64,000 nucleotides of DNA, taken from contig NC_043001.1 of assembly GCF_006345805.1 (NCBI RefSeq), forward strand, positions 57,846,001-57,910,000, given 5' to 3'. Position 1 is the stretch's first letter. Each line of letters begins with the position of its first letter. A model generated the notes under the pieces. The model was given only the letters and a program-made list of their open reading frames with translations. It was not told the origin of the DNA and did no database searches. Both the position numbers and the translations under genes were made by a program. This document shows, piece by piece, positions 1 to 13,089 of this stretch. Source of the DNA: Octopus sinensis (Eukaryota).

Positions 1-1530
1 GTATCTGGAGTGTAACTGAATTCTGCAATTGAATTTGCTACGCTGTCTGGGAGAGTACGATCCTGATGTATTTTCAAACTTCTTGAACATTAATTCTAGC
101 ACTTGTTGGATAAGTAATTTAACGAAGCGGTGGGAAAGAAAGTATTCACACGACACGATACGATTACTGATACACGAGGTTCAACGCTCCTTGTAAACTG
201 CTCACAGTCAATTGCTCAGAATCAATTGCTGCTGTCAACTCGACAGCTCTTTATTTTATTGAAATGCATCGGTCTCCTGTTAGTTACATGGGACTGGTCG
301 GAATCTTTCCACAGCATAAATGCAGACCAGATGAAGCCAAATGTTTTCTTGCTCTACTGCAACGTTTTCAGGAGGTATTTTTAATCGAAATATTTCCGGG
401 GCATTTGATAATTTTAAGGTAAAATTTACATTTTTAGATACACGAATAGAAATGTGTATCTACAACTATCTACGGGTGTAATTTGGGCAAGACTAACACC
501 TTAGACGTAGGAACACATTCCGAAATTGAATATGCTCTCACTCAGAGGAAATAAAACCCAAGTAAACCAAATATGACATACATCAAGAACAATGTTAGAT
601 TTATCCCAGAACATGATATTCATATTTCCACTTTATGTATTCATGACCTAATCCTAAATTCAAAATAACCGACAAGGCAAACGTACTCTTAATTTAGGTC
701 AATTTTTTCCACCATAGGAAACAAATACGTTCTAACTTGGATTGCCAACAGACTGGAGTACAGACGACATTGAATCAAAGATATTGATGAAGTTGACCTA
801 GATTTCGTAGTGGCGTCGCTCATAGCCATATGCGTTTTTGACTCCTGGGTAATAACATCCAAGTGTCTCTAGGAGATGAATAATTGAAGTGATCTAGTGA
901 AACTAGAACAGCATCTAGGCAGGTAACAACGTAATACACATACAAAATGTCAGTCTATTTAATCAATTATTCTCGGAGATATCGTGACCTGCACATAGTC
1001 AGAAATGTAATTTTGAGAAAAGGTTGATTTTACAACAATGCCCAACTACACAGAATAATGTCCACATTTTAGCGACATATTTGCAGTTTTGCACGATTGG
1101 TCTAATAGCACCCAAAGGCATATCCTCCGCTACTCTTCTGAGATTTTGCTGTCTTAATTATGTGAGGTGCTAATCTTGCCTTAAACTGTTGAGAATGAGT
1201 GCGAAATCTATAATGAGAATGGAAGAAGCCACGATCAAGTGATTGTAACATAGTGGGATTGACTAATGAAAGGCTCAGATGGATCAGTGGTGTCAAGCTG
1301 AAGAGGTATGAAGTCTAATACGCCTGTGGCATTTGATCTCAGACAAAACAGAGCGGTAACATATTGCAGAATAATATTTTTCCATGATCTAAATTATTCA
1401 TCTATCCACCACCTCAATGGAATAATATTCCTCAATCTTATAATTAAAACACATTAGCATTTATTTCAGATGATCAAACGACACTGTTCTTTCAGAAAAA
1501 TAAATACACTTATACATACATATATGTGTG

Positions 1531-1574
<44 letters not shown>

Positions 1575-2214
1575 TATGCATATGTATATATACAGGCACA
1601 GAAGCAAATAATTAATATAAATATATTTAGATATACATGTTTGTCTTCCACAAACACGTATGAATATTGACATATATAATTACGAACGAACCTATATAGA
1701 CGCACACGTTTCTAATCTCTCATTTATGTGGGTAGTTATTCAATTTAAAAGAAAAGGAAATAAATAGAAAATCACGAGAGAGTATCTTCTAATTTATTTC
1801 TCCTAGCCTGTATTCTTTTCCTATGTACTTATGTGCTGAACTTTTAACGCCTTCAGACAGATTTATTTCTTATATTTATTTTAATATTTCCCCAGCAGGA
1901 ACGAAATGCTATCAACACTGTAAACAATACTCGAAAGATTAATGATATGGAAAGCCAGACAAGTTTAAAAAAATAGAAGGAAAAGTAAAAAATGAAATCT
2001 AATTTAATGTTAAATGTATGTTCATATATCGGTGTGTGTGAATAGATATATGTATATATATTATATACATATTATATGTATGTGTGTGGTGTGTGTGTAT
2101 ACATACATATATATGAACGTATATCACATGAATGAATATATTTATGTAAACATTGTATATATACACAAATTCTCTCACACACACATATATATATATTTAC
2201 ATAGACACTTATAA

Positions 2215-2329
<115 letters not shown>

Positions 2330-2343
2330 CATATATATACATA

Positions 2344-2508
2344 GGAGTGGCTGTGTGGTAAGTAGCTTGCTAACCAACCACATGGTTCCAGGTTCAGTCC
2401 CACTGCGTGGCATCTTGGGCAAGTGTCCTCTGCTATAGTCCCGGGCCGACCAATGCCTTGTGAGTGGATTTGATAGACGGAAACTGAAAGAAGCCTGTCG
2501 TATATATG

Positions 2509-2541
<33 letters not shown>

Positions 2542-2757
2542 TTGTGTGTCTGTGTTTGTCCCCCTAGCATTGCCTGACAACCGATGGTGGTGTGTTTACG
2601 TCCCCGACACTTAGCGGTTCGGCAAAAGAGACCGATAGAATAAGTACTGGGCTTACAAAGAATAAGTTCCGGGGTCGATTTGCTCGAGTAAAGGCGGTGC
2701 TCCAGCATGGCCGCAGTCAAATGACTGAAACAAGTAAAAGAGTAAAGAGTAAGAGTA
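2344..2757 (+). mobile_element. tRNA-derived SINE with CORE-like segment (octopus OR2-like), full length
   Basis: Pol III A-box TGGCTGTGTGG and B-box GGTTCAGTCCC, CORE-like CTTGGGCAAGTG, internal (TA)/(TG) tract, 3' ATGGCC-hairpin-GAAAC and (AAGAGT)-type tail. A near-identical copy lies at 3968-4369. Confidence 0.9.
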
Positions 2758-2760
2758 TAC

Positions 2761-2801
<41 letters not shown>

Positions 2802-2806
2802 CATAT

Positions 2807-3180
2807 AATGGAATGGAAGCACTCCGTCGGTTACGACGATGAGGGTTCCGGTTGATCCGATCAACGGAACAGCCTGCTCGGGAAATTAACGTGTAAGTGG
2901 CTGAGCACTCCACAGACACGTGTACCCTTAACGTAGTTTTCGGGGATATTCAGCGTGACACAGAGAGTGACAAGGCCGGCCCTTTGAAATACAGGTACAA
3001 CAGAAACAGGAAGTAAGAGTGAGAGAAAGTTGTGGTGAAAGAGTACAGCAGGGATCACCACCATCCCTGCCGGAGCCTCGTGGAGAATTAGGTGTTTTCG
3101 CTCAATAAACACTCACAACGCCCGGTCTGGGAATCGAAACCGCGAGTCCGCTGCCCTAACCACTGGGCCATTGCGCCTCC
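2807..3180 (-). mobile_element. Second tRNA-derived SINE family (octopus OR1-like)
   Basis: Minus strand starts GGAGGCGCAATGGCCCAGTGGTTAGGGCAGCGGACTCGCGGTTTCGATTCCC (A and B boxes), has a unique body, ends in (TTCCA)n, and sits inside (TA)n. Confidence 0.85.
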
Positions 3181-3225
3181 ACATATACATATATGTGTGT
3201 ATATATATATATGTATATTCAAATA

Positions 3226-3259
<34 letters not shown>

Positions 3260-3282
3260 CATATATATGTGTGTGTGTGTGT

Positions 3283-3318
<36 letters not shown>

Positions 3319-3639
3319 CATATATGCACAGACAGATATATGCGTGTACGTTTTGCGTCTAATAGTGTGGAAACAATGGAAACAAGACAACTGCGTCAAA
3401 AATCGAAAAAGAAACCTTATTTCATAACAAATGGTGTGATTTGCAATCTTTGTAACAAAATACCCCTGAAAATGACAGTATGAGAAAGACAAGAGAGTCA
3501 TAAAGCTGTTCCTCTGATGTTGTTGCTGTCGATTAATGTCACTATCATCAACGCTTTCACCTGTGAATTCATAATAACCGACAGAAGAATAACTCTTATA
3601 TTAATGATGATGACGTTGGTGATGAAAATGATGATAACG

Positions 3640-3835
<196 letters not shown>

Positions 3836-3967
3836 TCAACGATCTTGATATTTTTGATCCATGTTAAATGCATATTAGATTCCAGCGTCTCAGCCATGCA
3901 AATAAATATTTATTTATGCATACCTATGTATGTATGAATGTATGTATTTTTGTATGCATGTATACAA

Positions 3968-4369
3968 GAGTGGCTGTGTGGTAAGTAGCTTGTTTACCAA
4001 CCATATGGTCCCGGGTTCAGTCCCACTGCGTGGCACCTTGGGTAAGTGTCTTCTACTATAGCCTCGGGCTGACAAAAGCCTTGTGAGTGGATGTGGTAGA
4101 CGGAAGCTGAAAGAAGCCCGTTGTATATATGTATATATATGCGCATGTGTGTTTGTGTGTCTGTGTTTGTCCCCCTAGCATTGCTTGACAACTGATGCTG
4201 GTGTGTTTATGTCCCCGTTATTTAGCGGTTCGGCAAAAGAGACCGATAGAATAAGTACTGGGCTTACAAAAGAATAAGTCCCGGGGTCGAGTTGCTCGAT
4301 TAAAGCGGTGCTCCAGCATGGCCGCAGTCAAATGACTGAAACAAGTAAAAGAGTAAAGAGTAAAGAGTA
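3968..4369 (+). mobile_element. tRNA/CORE-like SINE, second copy
   Basis: Colinear and highly similar to 2344-2757. Confidence 0.9.
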
Positions 4370-4400
4370 TATATATATATAATATATATATATATAATAT

Positions 4401-4432
<32 letters not shown>

Positions 4433-4456
4433 ATCAGTATTCTTACTCGCTTTAAC

Positions 4457-4755
4457 ATGATAAAGACCGTCACAAAACGAACAGCAAACAATGCACGACG
4501 TGCATCAGAAAACGGAGATAAGACACGCTCGCCACTTGCAGATCAGCGACAGCGAAACAAAGCTCGACCTGCATCTGAAACTGAACATAGACGAAATGCA
4601 GGACTTTCCGACAGTAAACAAAGAATGACAGCTCTACATGCAGCAGAAAACGAAGGCGAAATACATACACGATTTGGAGCTGATCGTCTTCGAAAAGCAT
4701 CGCATCGTGAGCAAGAAACTGCAAAAAGACTTGCAGATAATCAAGAAAGAATGAT
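4457..4755 (+). pseudogene. Helitron Rep/Hel N-terminal charged-repeat fragment
   Basis: ~23-aa periodic R/E-rich repeats (RRASENGDKTRSPLADQRQRNKA / RPASETEHRRNAGLSDSKQRMTA / LHAAENEGEIHTRFGADRLRKAS), like those at the N-termini of animal Helitron proteins. Confidence 0.55.
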
Positions 4756-5229
4756 ATTGATCTTGATTTTTCTTCTACTTATTACATAGCTTTCTCTTCA
4801 AAACATGCACACCTACAGGAGTAAATTATGCATAAAGTAATACATTCAATGTGGCTCGAGAGAAACAGTAAAAGTAATTACCCGATCAACGATGGGTTTT
4901 ACTCCTAAAATATATATATATGTATGTATATATATATATATGTATATATATGTGTACATATATAGCAATAGCAGTATTAACAACCACGATAAAGGTAACA
5001 ATAACAATAACAATAACAGCAATGATACCCACAACATCACCTCCACCTACACCCATAACAAAAGCACAAACATACAGAACCAAAACTACAACAATTATAA
5101 CCACAACAATAGTGATGATAAAAGCAAAAACAATGACAACAATAACAGCAACACCCCATCCACTCCCACACACACGCAGACAAAGGGTACAAAAACCCGC
5201 AATGCACACATGGGAATGTGGCGCAAACT

Positions 5230-5560
5230 ATTCCAACTCAAGAAACGGACTGCACAAAATTTCCAAGTATTCAATAGCCATGTTCCTACGCTATACAGGA
5301 TATCTAAGGACCATAAACCCTACGTAAACCACGTTATGGAGCCGCGAACCCAGCTTATGGAGCGAATATCACCAGCAATTATATGCCATCCTAGTTTCTC
5401 TCGCAGGTGTTACGACCACTCATTAAAATATCCCCAGACGTCTGGATGAGCACAGAGGATTTCCTCAATAGAGTGAGTAGTTGCAACCACTCCAACAGCC
5501 TCACAAGTTGTCAAGTAGGTAGTATGGAAATAGTTTCAGTTTACTCATCTATAGGCATTG
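5230..5560 (+). pseudogene. Penelope-like reverse transcriptase fragment
   Basis: PTLYRISKDHKP (cf. PxLYGLPKxHK), STEDFLNRV and VGSMEIVSVYSSI (cf. SxDVxSLYxSI), frameshifted. Confidence 0.65.
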
Positions 5561-5643
5561 GTGAGGGAAAATGCATTGCGTTTATATGTGAGAGTGAGAG
5601 AGAGTACCGCTTTGAAAGAATTATTTTCCTTTGTTTGTTATTT

Positions 5644-5699
<56 letters not shown>

Positions 5700-5704
5700 C
5701 TCTG

Positions 5705-5772
5705 TGTGGCTCTGTGGTAAGAAGCCATAAAGTTCTGAGTTCAGTCCCACTGCATGGCACCTTGAACAAGTG
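5705..5772 (+). mobile_element. Truncated head of the tRNA/CORE-like SINE
   Basis: TGGCTCTGTGGTAAG...GAGTTCAGTCCCACTGCATGGCACCTTGAACAAGTG matches the 5' part of 2344-2757. Confidence 0.8.
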
Positions 5773-5799
5773 ACTACTTGTGACGACTCGTTCCGACGA

Positions 5800-6584
5800 A
5801 AGCATTGAAAGTCCTAAGTGGATTAAACATTTCATATCTCACCAAACAGATAACACATTACATGAATGAAGACCTTCTTTAGCCTGGGATGCCGGCGTTT
5901 CATCTTCCCCTACCCAAAGTCTTCGGCGCTTGGCATTTTTATCGAGAACCCATTTCTCGTTACCAGTCATTATTCAGTCCAGAAACGGATCATTTGTGAG
6001 ACGTGACAGCAAAGAAGAGCACACATTCACCTTTTACGCGCAATTAGACTCAGGAAGTTTGTGAGAAACCTATTAAACGAATTTGTTGGCTTTTCCGATG
6101 GTACGGAGATGTCGACAAATGGTTGAATGACCAAATCCAAGCTTCTCTGCTAGTTCCTCAGCAGTTACAATGGGATTTTGTTCCACCAAGGTGTGCAGAA
6201 TATCCTCGTCGATCTCTACGGATCTTTCAGGATGATTGTAGTTTTGGGCTCGGAATTTCTGGAAACACCGTTGACACTGGCTTATGCGTGTTGTTCGGTA
6301 CACATATACTGCATTAATATTCCTCGCACTTTCCTTTGCGTTGCAGCCTTTATTGGCCTCATAAAGTAAAGTATGCCGAATAGGCTCCTTTGTTACTTCC
6401 ATTATAGCTTTGAAAAATATCTGTTAACATCGAACTGCTTTCTTCGAAACTAGCACTGAGAATAAGGACCACGTAAAATTACTACCTGCATTTAGAGCAA
6501 GTTGATGCAGGTAGGTTATACCGTACAACCCCGACTTTCAGTTTATGTAATTGAAAAAACCGCAACATATATGAGGTGGTCTAA
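5800..6584 (-). mobile_element. mariner transposon relic (one TIR plus N-terminal half of transposase)
   Basis: ORF 6073-6402 MEVTKEPIRHTLLYE... is a mariner HTH region. It is followed by WVSHKL (WVPHEL motif) and MTGNEKW (first catalytic D region). TIR-like TTAGACCACCTCATATATGTTGCGGTTTTTT at 6554-6584. Confidence 0.9.
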
Positions 6585-6700
6585 AATACACACACACATA
6601 CGCCCCCCCCTATATATACAAATATAATTACTTGTCTGCGTTTCTGTCTGTCTGTCTCTCTTTCTCTATCTATCTATATATATATACATACATTATATGC

Positions 6701-6768
<68 letters not shown>

Positions 6769-7465
6769 GTATCCATACTTGCACACAGACACACATGCAT
6801 GTATATATATATAAATTGTAAAAAAGAAAAATAGAAGATAACGATATAATTATGATTTCAAAATTTTTCATTTCCTACAGACGTTTCACTAATTCATTAG
6901 AGTCTTCACAATTCACAATGATCTGATTACTAACAACTTAATTGTACAAGACAGGATAATTACTTTTTAATGGTTAATTTCGAAAATATCCTTGAGAAGT
7001 TAAAATCTCACGTCCTTTACAATTATGCTGTTAATAATTACATAATAGTGACGATCCATGTTAGATACTGAAACTGCTTCAAGAAATGAAATTTCTTAGC
7101 TATTGATGCTATAGTTTGTATTCTATATTATCAAATATATTGTGCCTTCGGCACTTGTTAGGGCTGATTTTAAATTGAGCGAAGAATCCTACCATGCATT
7201 TCGTTAAAATTCTGATATTATCGGAATTTATGTACACTGATCAAAATTTCATGATACTTCTCGGCATCATCTGGCAGATCGGAAAATCATATACCTACAC
7301 ACATTAATACAAGTAAACATACATACATATATGCATGCATATATATATAAATCTAGATAATAAGTGTAAAAATTGAATAGTAATTTGATTAATATCAATT
7401 TAATCCAGAGGCCTACCACATAGAAAAAGTCTGAAAATTCAGAAAATTATATTACATATATATAA

Positions 7466-7778
7466 GCGGGATGACATTAAGTGGACATCCAATATGCTAG
7501 ATGTAGATCCCAATGTTCTGAACTCTAAGAAAAGATTGTTCTCAAGAAAATTCAGCAAACGCCAGAACGTAAGTGAGCAAGAAGATGTAATGATACAAAA
7601 TATGAGTATTGAAATACCAGGTATGTGAATAATCATTATATTTTGTATCTTTTCATTTGTTTTGCTCGCTTACGTTCTGGCATTTGCTGAATTTTCTTGA
7701 GAACAATCTTTTCTTAGAGGTCAGACCACATGGGGCCTACATCTAGCATATTGGATGTTCACTTCGTGGTTATCCCGC
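7466..7778. repeat. Long inverted repeat (arms ~7466-7603 and ~7638-7778)
   Basis: CTCTAAGAAAAGATTGTTCTCAAGAAAATTCAGCAAA and its reverse complement are both present; flanked by (TA)n. Confidence 0.95.
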
Positions 7779-8006
7779 ATATATATATATATATATATAT
7801 ATTTGTGTGTGTGTGTGTGTGTATATATATATTTATATATATACATATATATTAAATGAAAACAGAAAATGGAGAAATATTGATGAACAATAGTTGATTT
7901 ACATCAATTATTATTTATTAATTCAATACAAATAAAAAGCATTCCATCTAAAAGTTGTTTCTGCTTCAATCTTGTATGTGATCGCCATTGATATGCTAAA
8001 AATATT

Positions 8007-8152
8007 TATCTACTGTCTAGCGAATGCAGAGCCGAGGGTACGGGCTTGAAGAAGTTCTCGGTATCGAGCGCGGGTAAACGGCGGGAGTAACTTCAAGGCG
8101 ACGAGGATATTCCCGCTGTCCCTATCTACTACTGTCTAGCGATAGCAGAGCT
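8007..8152 (+). rRNA. Rearranged 28S rRNA fragments (pseudogenic, not an rDNA unit)
   Basis: GCGCGGGTAAACGGCGGGAGTAACT, ATTCCCGCTGTCCCTATCTACT and CTAGCGAA..AGCCGAGGGTACGGGCTTG match conserved eukaryotic LSU domain IV sequence. Confidence 0.8.
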
Positions 8153-8294
8153 GAGTTACGACGAAGACCTTTGAGTGAAGCATAAATAAAAGCAAAGCCT
8201 AGAGAAGAAAAAGGAAAAGTTGAATAAGGTTGTAATCATACCATTTGGCGTGTGTTTCTCTTTGGGACGTTAAGTAAATGACAAATGTTAAAAT

Positions 8295-8349
<55 letters not shown>

Positions 8350-8350
<1 letters not shown>

Positions 8351-9274
8351 TAAAATAAACAAAGGAAAATGCACATACTTCACATAGTTTTAGCATATTT
8401 TTTATATATTTTATATTTAGTTTTTTGACCTGTTTCAATTTCACTAATCATGACATTGAAAGTATTGTAATTTCGCATTTTCTGCAGAAGATTTCAGTCC
8501 AAGATTTATGAGAAGAATTTTATGAATGAATGATTCAACAAGTACAAATATCTAAGGGGACGTATTCAGTGATCGTTATTATTGTGGATGATGGGGGGAA
8601 TTGTTCATCTTTCGGGAGGGGAGAAAGAATATACACAACTCAAAAGTTAAAATAGTGAGAGGAAATAGGTACGGTGATGGCTATATTAGCATGAATTAAT
8701 ATACATACATAGTTGTTTCTTCGTTAATATTTAGACGTGTTCTATATTCTACGATGAACAAATTCCCTTTATTTAAAAGTTCTTATATATAAATTATTTC
8801 TTTGCACAATTCAGATTACCCCTTCCCGAAAAAAATTAGAACAAATACCTCTACAGAAATATGTAAACGTTCAAGTAGATCAAACTATAAACATGTAAAA
8901 GAACACAAACACAAAAAAATAAATTCTCACTTGGAAGTAAACCGTTCTTAATCTAGTAATATGGACAATTCACAAATAAGAAATACTAGAAGAAAGTAAC
9001 CTTGGACCAGGAGTAATTATTTGTCCCCAGCAGCTAGAAGCATCCAAGGGACTTCTACACCTCTTTGATGAAACTCAACCTACGGAATTCCAACTTATTT
9101 ACCCAGGTAGCAAAACCATCTCCGCATCATCTCAAACATAATTAAAAACGCCAAAAATCTTTCCGACGAAGAAACCCGAACTACGTACATCCACCCAAAT
9201 TTACCCAAACAGCAACACCGGCCTCCCAGCAATCCTAATATAAGTAATAACAATAATAATACTTAATAATAATA

Positions 9275-9357
<83 letters not shown>

Positions 9358-11890
9358 TAATAATAATATGATGATAATAATAATAATAATAATAACAGTA
9401 AACATTGTTTTAGACCGAGTGGAGAGAAACAGGGTCACACGTTGGAATATAACATACTAGAGAAACCCAAATTAATAAAAATATGAAAGATAACTCTCTC
9501 TGCAATAAAAATCAGCATACTAGCTAAATGATTAAACGAAGATCTAACCAAAATGAATTTAAAGACAATATTTCGGAATTCTGCAGAAAACTATGACTCA
9601 CAGAAGCACTAACTATAACAACGAGGATAAATCACTGGTTAAAAACCGAAGTAATTATCATGCACCTAAATGTAGGAATAAACACTAGATGACTTCTGCG
9701 ACCATATCCAAAATTTCCCAAATAATTTCCATCAGCGAAAATTTAATTCGGACCTCAACAATCTTGAATGGAAAATCTAATTAAGTATAAAACGACAAGG
9801 AACTTACTACTAAAGAAGTGCGGTAGTTCTGATGGAAACAGAATACTACAAAAACCTAGTATTATGTATACTAGAAAACTATAACTTCTACGAAAAATTT
9901 GTAAACTATAAACAAGAAAAAACAATGAAAAATCTTGCATCCCTAATAATTCAACATGGGAAAAGCCTGACAAAAAGAAATATATTATACCATGAAATTT
10001 AAGAGGATTTTTTACGGCCTACCTTAAATGCATAAGAGCAAGATAGTTAATGAAACGATCAACAATCACCAAGCAAATACATCAAAAGTTTTCATTAGAG
10101 ACGATCTAAACATGCTAAAGCACCTACCAAAAACAACTGATGTAGAGGATGTATTGGTTTCCTTCAATGTTAATCCTCACAGCATTATTTCACATGAATA
10201 TGGTATAGAAGCAATAAAATTCTGGTCGGAAAAGTACCCAGAAGTACTCCCGGAACGCATAAACCAGGTCTTTATTATTGAATCTTTAAAATTTATACAT
10301 CAGATAAATTATTTCCTATTTGATGACACCTACTATCGTCAAAAATTCGAAATTACATTGGGAACGAAAGCAGCCACAGTTCTTGCGAACCTAATAACAG
10401 GTTATTTTGGATTCACCATATATTTTGGATTCACTGCAAAAATAAGGATATCCATCACCATTATATAAGAGAGAACTGGAAAAGATAAACGGATGACTGC
10501 TTTATCATTTGAAAGTAGACCACTGATAAACTTTTGGAATTCAAATCAGTACTAAATAATATAAAACCTAATATTCAATTGAAAATGGAATATAAGCAAA
10601 GAACAACTCCGTTTCTTGGATATTACGATTAAAAAAATCAATAACCAAATTATAACTGGCCTTTATCATAAACGAAGCAGTATCTCTTCTTTAGATCATG
10701 CCACCCGAAACATCAAAAAAAGAAAAAGAAGGTATATTCCATTTAATTTAGCAAAAATGATTTTCCCAATTGTGTCTGATAAAAATAATCGGGAGCGTCG
10801 TATGCAAGAACTCAGAACAACACTAGCTGAAAGTAAATATCAACCCTCACTTATAGACGATTGAATAAAATGTGCTAAGAAATTAGACATTAAAACACTA
10901 AGAGCAACAAAACGTAACACCACAACTCATCTCAAAACACCTCTGTATATATCAACTCACAACCATAGAAACTATACGGCATAGAACGCTATTATACAAA
11001 ATCCAGCTATGCTCAATAAAGATCCAAAAGTGAACAACATTTTCGAAACACATATATTCATCAAATGCAAAAAGCAACACAAACCGCTAAAAATGACATA
11101 AAAGATGCGAAGCTTTACACAAAAACCACAAAACCAACGGTTAAAATATTTGGACGCGAAAACGGTGGCACACGCCCCAACCTACTGGAAGACTGGGAAT
11201 TCCTATTCAAACAAGGAGAGAGGTTCACAATTAAAACCAACTTCACTTGTGCTTCCGAGAATCTAATTTATGTAATAATTTGCTCAGTTAGTTGACATAG
11301 CTATACGGCATAGATAAGTATGGCACTGAGACAGAGACTACATAAGGAACAGATCCAGTTCCTCCAATACAGACACACAGAGAGATGTGCAGGTAATATC
11401 CAACCAAACTTCACAGTTTTTCTCAACTACCAGTGCAAAGAAACAATTTCTATACAAGAACATTTAAATAAAAGGAAACTTGTTCATCGAAAAATACAGA
11501 ACACGTCTAGATATGAATGAATAACCGACTTTGATCTCAGTATATATTTTAATTCATGATCACATACCCGTCACTGCATATTTCCTCTCACTAATTTAGC
11601 TTCTGAGTTTTTGTGTATATTTATTTATCCCCTCCCCGAAAGACGAATACTTAACCTCTGTACCCAATAATAACGATCACCAATTACCTCCCCTTAGATT
11701 GTTATACTTGTTGAATAATTCACTCATAAAATTCTCCACACACAACATGGACTAAAATCTTAACAAAATACGAAATTATAATAATTTCAATGTCATGTTT
11801 AGCGAAAGCGAAACCGGTCGACAAACAGTGTAAAATATATCAAAAGATATATTAAAACTATGTAAACTATGTGTATTTTCCTTTTACTTT
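8350..11890 (+). mobile_element. Near full-length decayed Penelope-like element (RT + GIY-YIG, probably Neptune-type) with inverted pseudo-LTRs
   Basis: RT motifs LVSFNVN, YYRQKFEITLGTKAATVLANL and WKR*TDDCFII, thumb IPFNLAK, endonuclease FTCASENLIYVIIC. 8350-8808 is the reverse complement of 11432-11890. Both ends abut (TA)n. Confidence 0.9.
11791..11823 (+). ncRNA. Minimal type I hammerhead-like motif in the PLE pseudo-LTR (variant core)
   Basis: TGTC-ATGTTTA-GC GAAA GC-GAAA-CCG-GTC-GACA: stems I and II, palindromic stem III, GUC triplet. The inverted copy at 8427-8455 has core ATGATTA. Confidence 0.6.
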
Positions 11891-11965
11891 ATATATATAT
11901 ATATTGATTGATTGTTTTACAATTCACCACGTGGGGATAATCGCAATTCCTTCCTTTGTATTACT

Positions 11966-11997
<32 letters not shown>

Positions 11998-13089
11998 GTG
12001 TATGTGTGTTTGTATTTGTTTGTGTACATACATGTATGCATACATATATGCATACATATATTACATATATACATACACATATATATTTAATAACCAAAAC
12101 AACTTGCGGATGGAAAACCATATTGTTTATTAATCAGACCATGTTTCTGCAAAGCACGTGTTCACTAGTTAATAATTTTTCCTAATAATAAGATATCATG
12201 TAAGTTTATTGTTAATATCCATGAGCATAATGTTTTTGACCTCCATTAAAATGCTTATTCAGGTGCTACATTTATCTTTCTGTTGGCGTGACGTATTAAT
12301 CTGATGACATTTACCATTTTACGCGATTGTAAAAATTCCATTAGATCTTTGGGTGTTACTTGTGATCCGTTACAGATAAACAAATGAATAAGTCAACTCC
12401 CACACACACACCAAAACAAAATCGAAGTTGACAAAAGAGGTCAGAATTCCTCACCAACTTTTGGGCGTTGTTGATACAATAAATATAGAAACAAAAGAAA
12501 CGATCATTTCAACATTATCAATTCGCAACGATACAAGAGGATGATCGATAAGATAATATCCACATTATGTGCGGTGAGTTAACCACATTGTATTGTTTAT
12601 GCTTTCTTTAGAGGCTAGCGCTATTTTGATTAAATCCAAAATAATGACCATCTAACGTGTATTCCGAGTCCTATGTTTTCATACTCCTAATATCGTTTAT
12701 CATCAGTTTGAAGGTAAAGGAATATGCCCTCGCGATGTTAACTTAATCACTTTTATCAAATATCATATTAAATTTTTTTTTATTCTCTTTATAATTTTAT
12801 CTTGTGTACGCCAATTAGTGCCAGTTGAATCGCCATCAGCCTCCATCTATTTTTCGTGCCTTCCTAATTTACTAATAGTTTTCTGGTTTAGATATTCTTT
12901 CTTATTGACCTCCGTTATTTTTAAATGGTCTTGCTCTCTACTTTAAGTCTATTTTTTGTACATATATTAATTAGTATTGCTGAGCAGATCCTTAAAAGTT
13001 CCTAATTTCCTTTGAGAATGTATATTTTGTATCCATATTCATCAGAATTGATGAAACACTTATTATATTAGTTACAATTCTAAACCAAC

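Noticed and set aside
1-180. Minus-strand frame open off the window edge (MFKKFENTSGSYSPRQRSK.. from ATG at 90), possible first exon of a gene to the left
   Set aside because: Only 30 codons after a weak-context ATG, with no recognisable motif; cannot be judged without the adjacent window.
2344-3180. tRNA genes
   Set aside because: A and B boxes are SINE heads; no complete cloverleaf, and they continue into repeat bodies with tails.
8007-8152. Functional rDNA unit
   Set aside because: Only ~150 bp, rearranged, with no flanking rRNA sequence.
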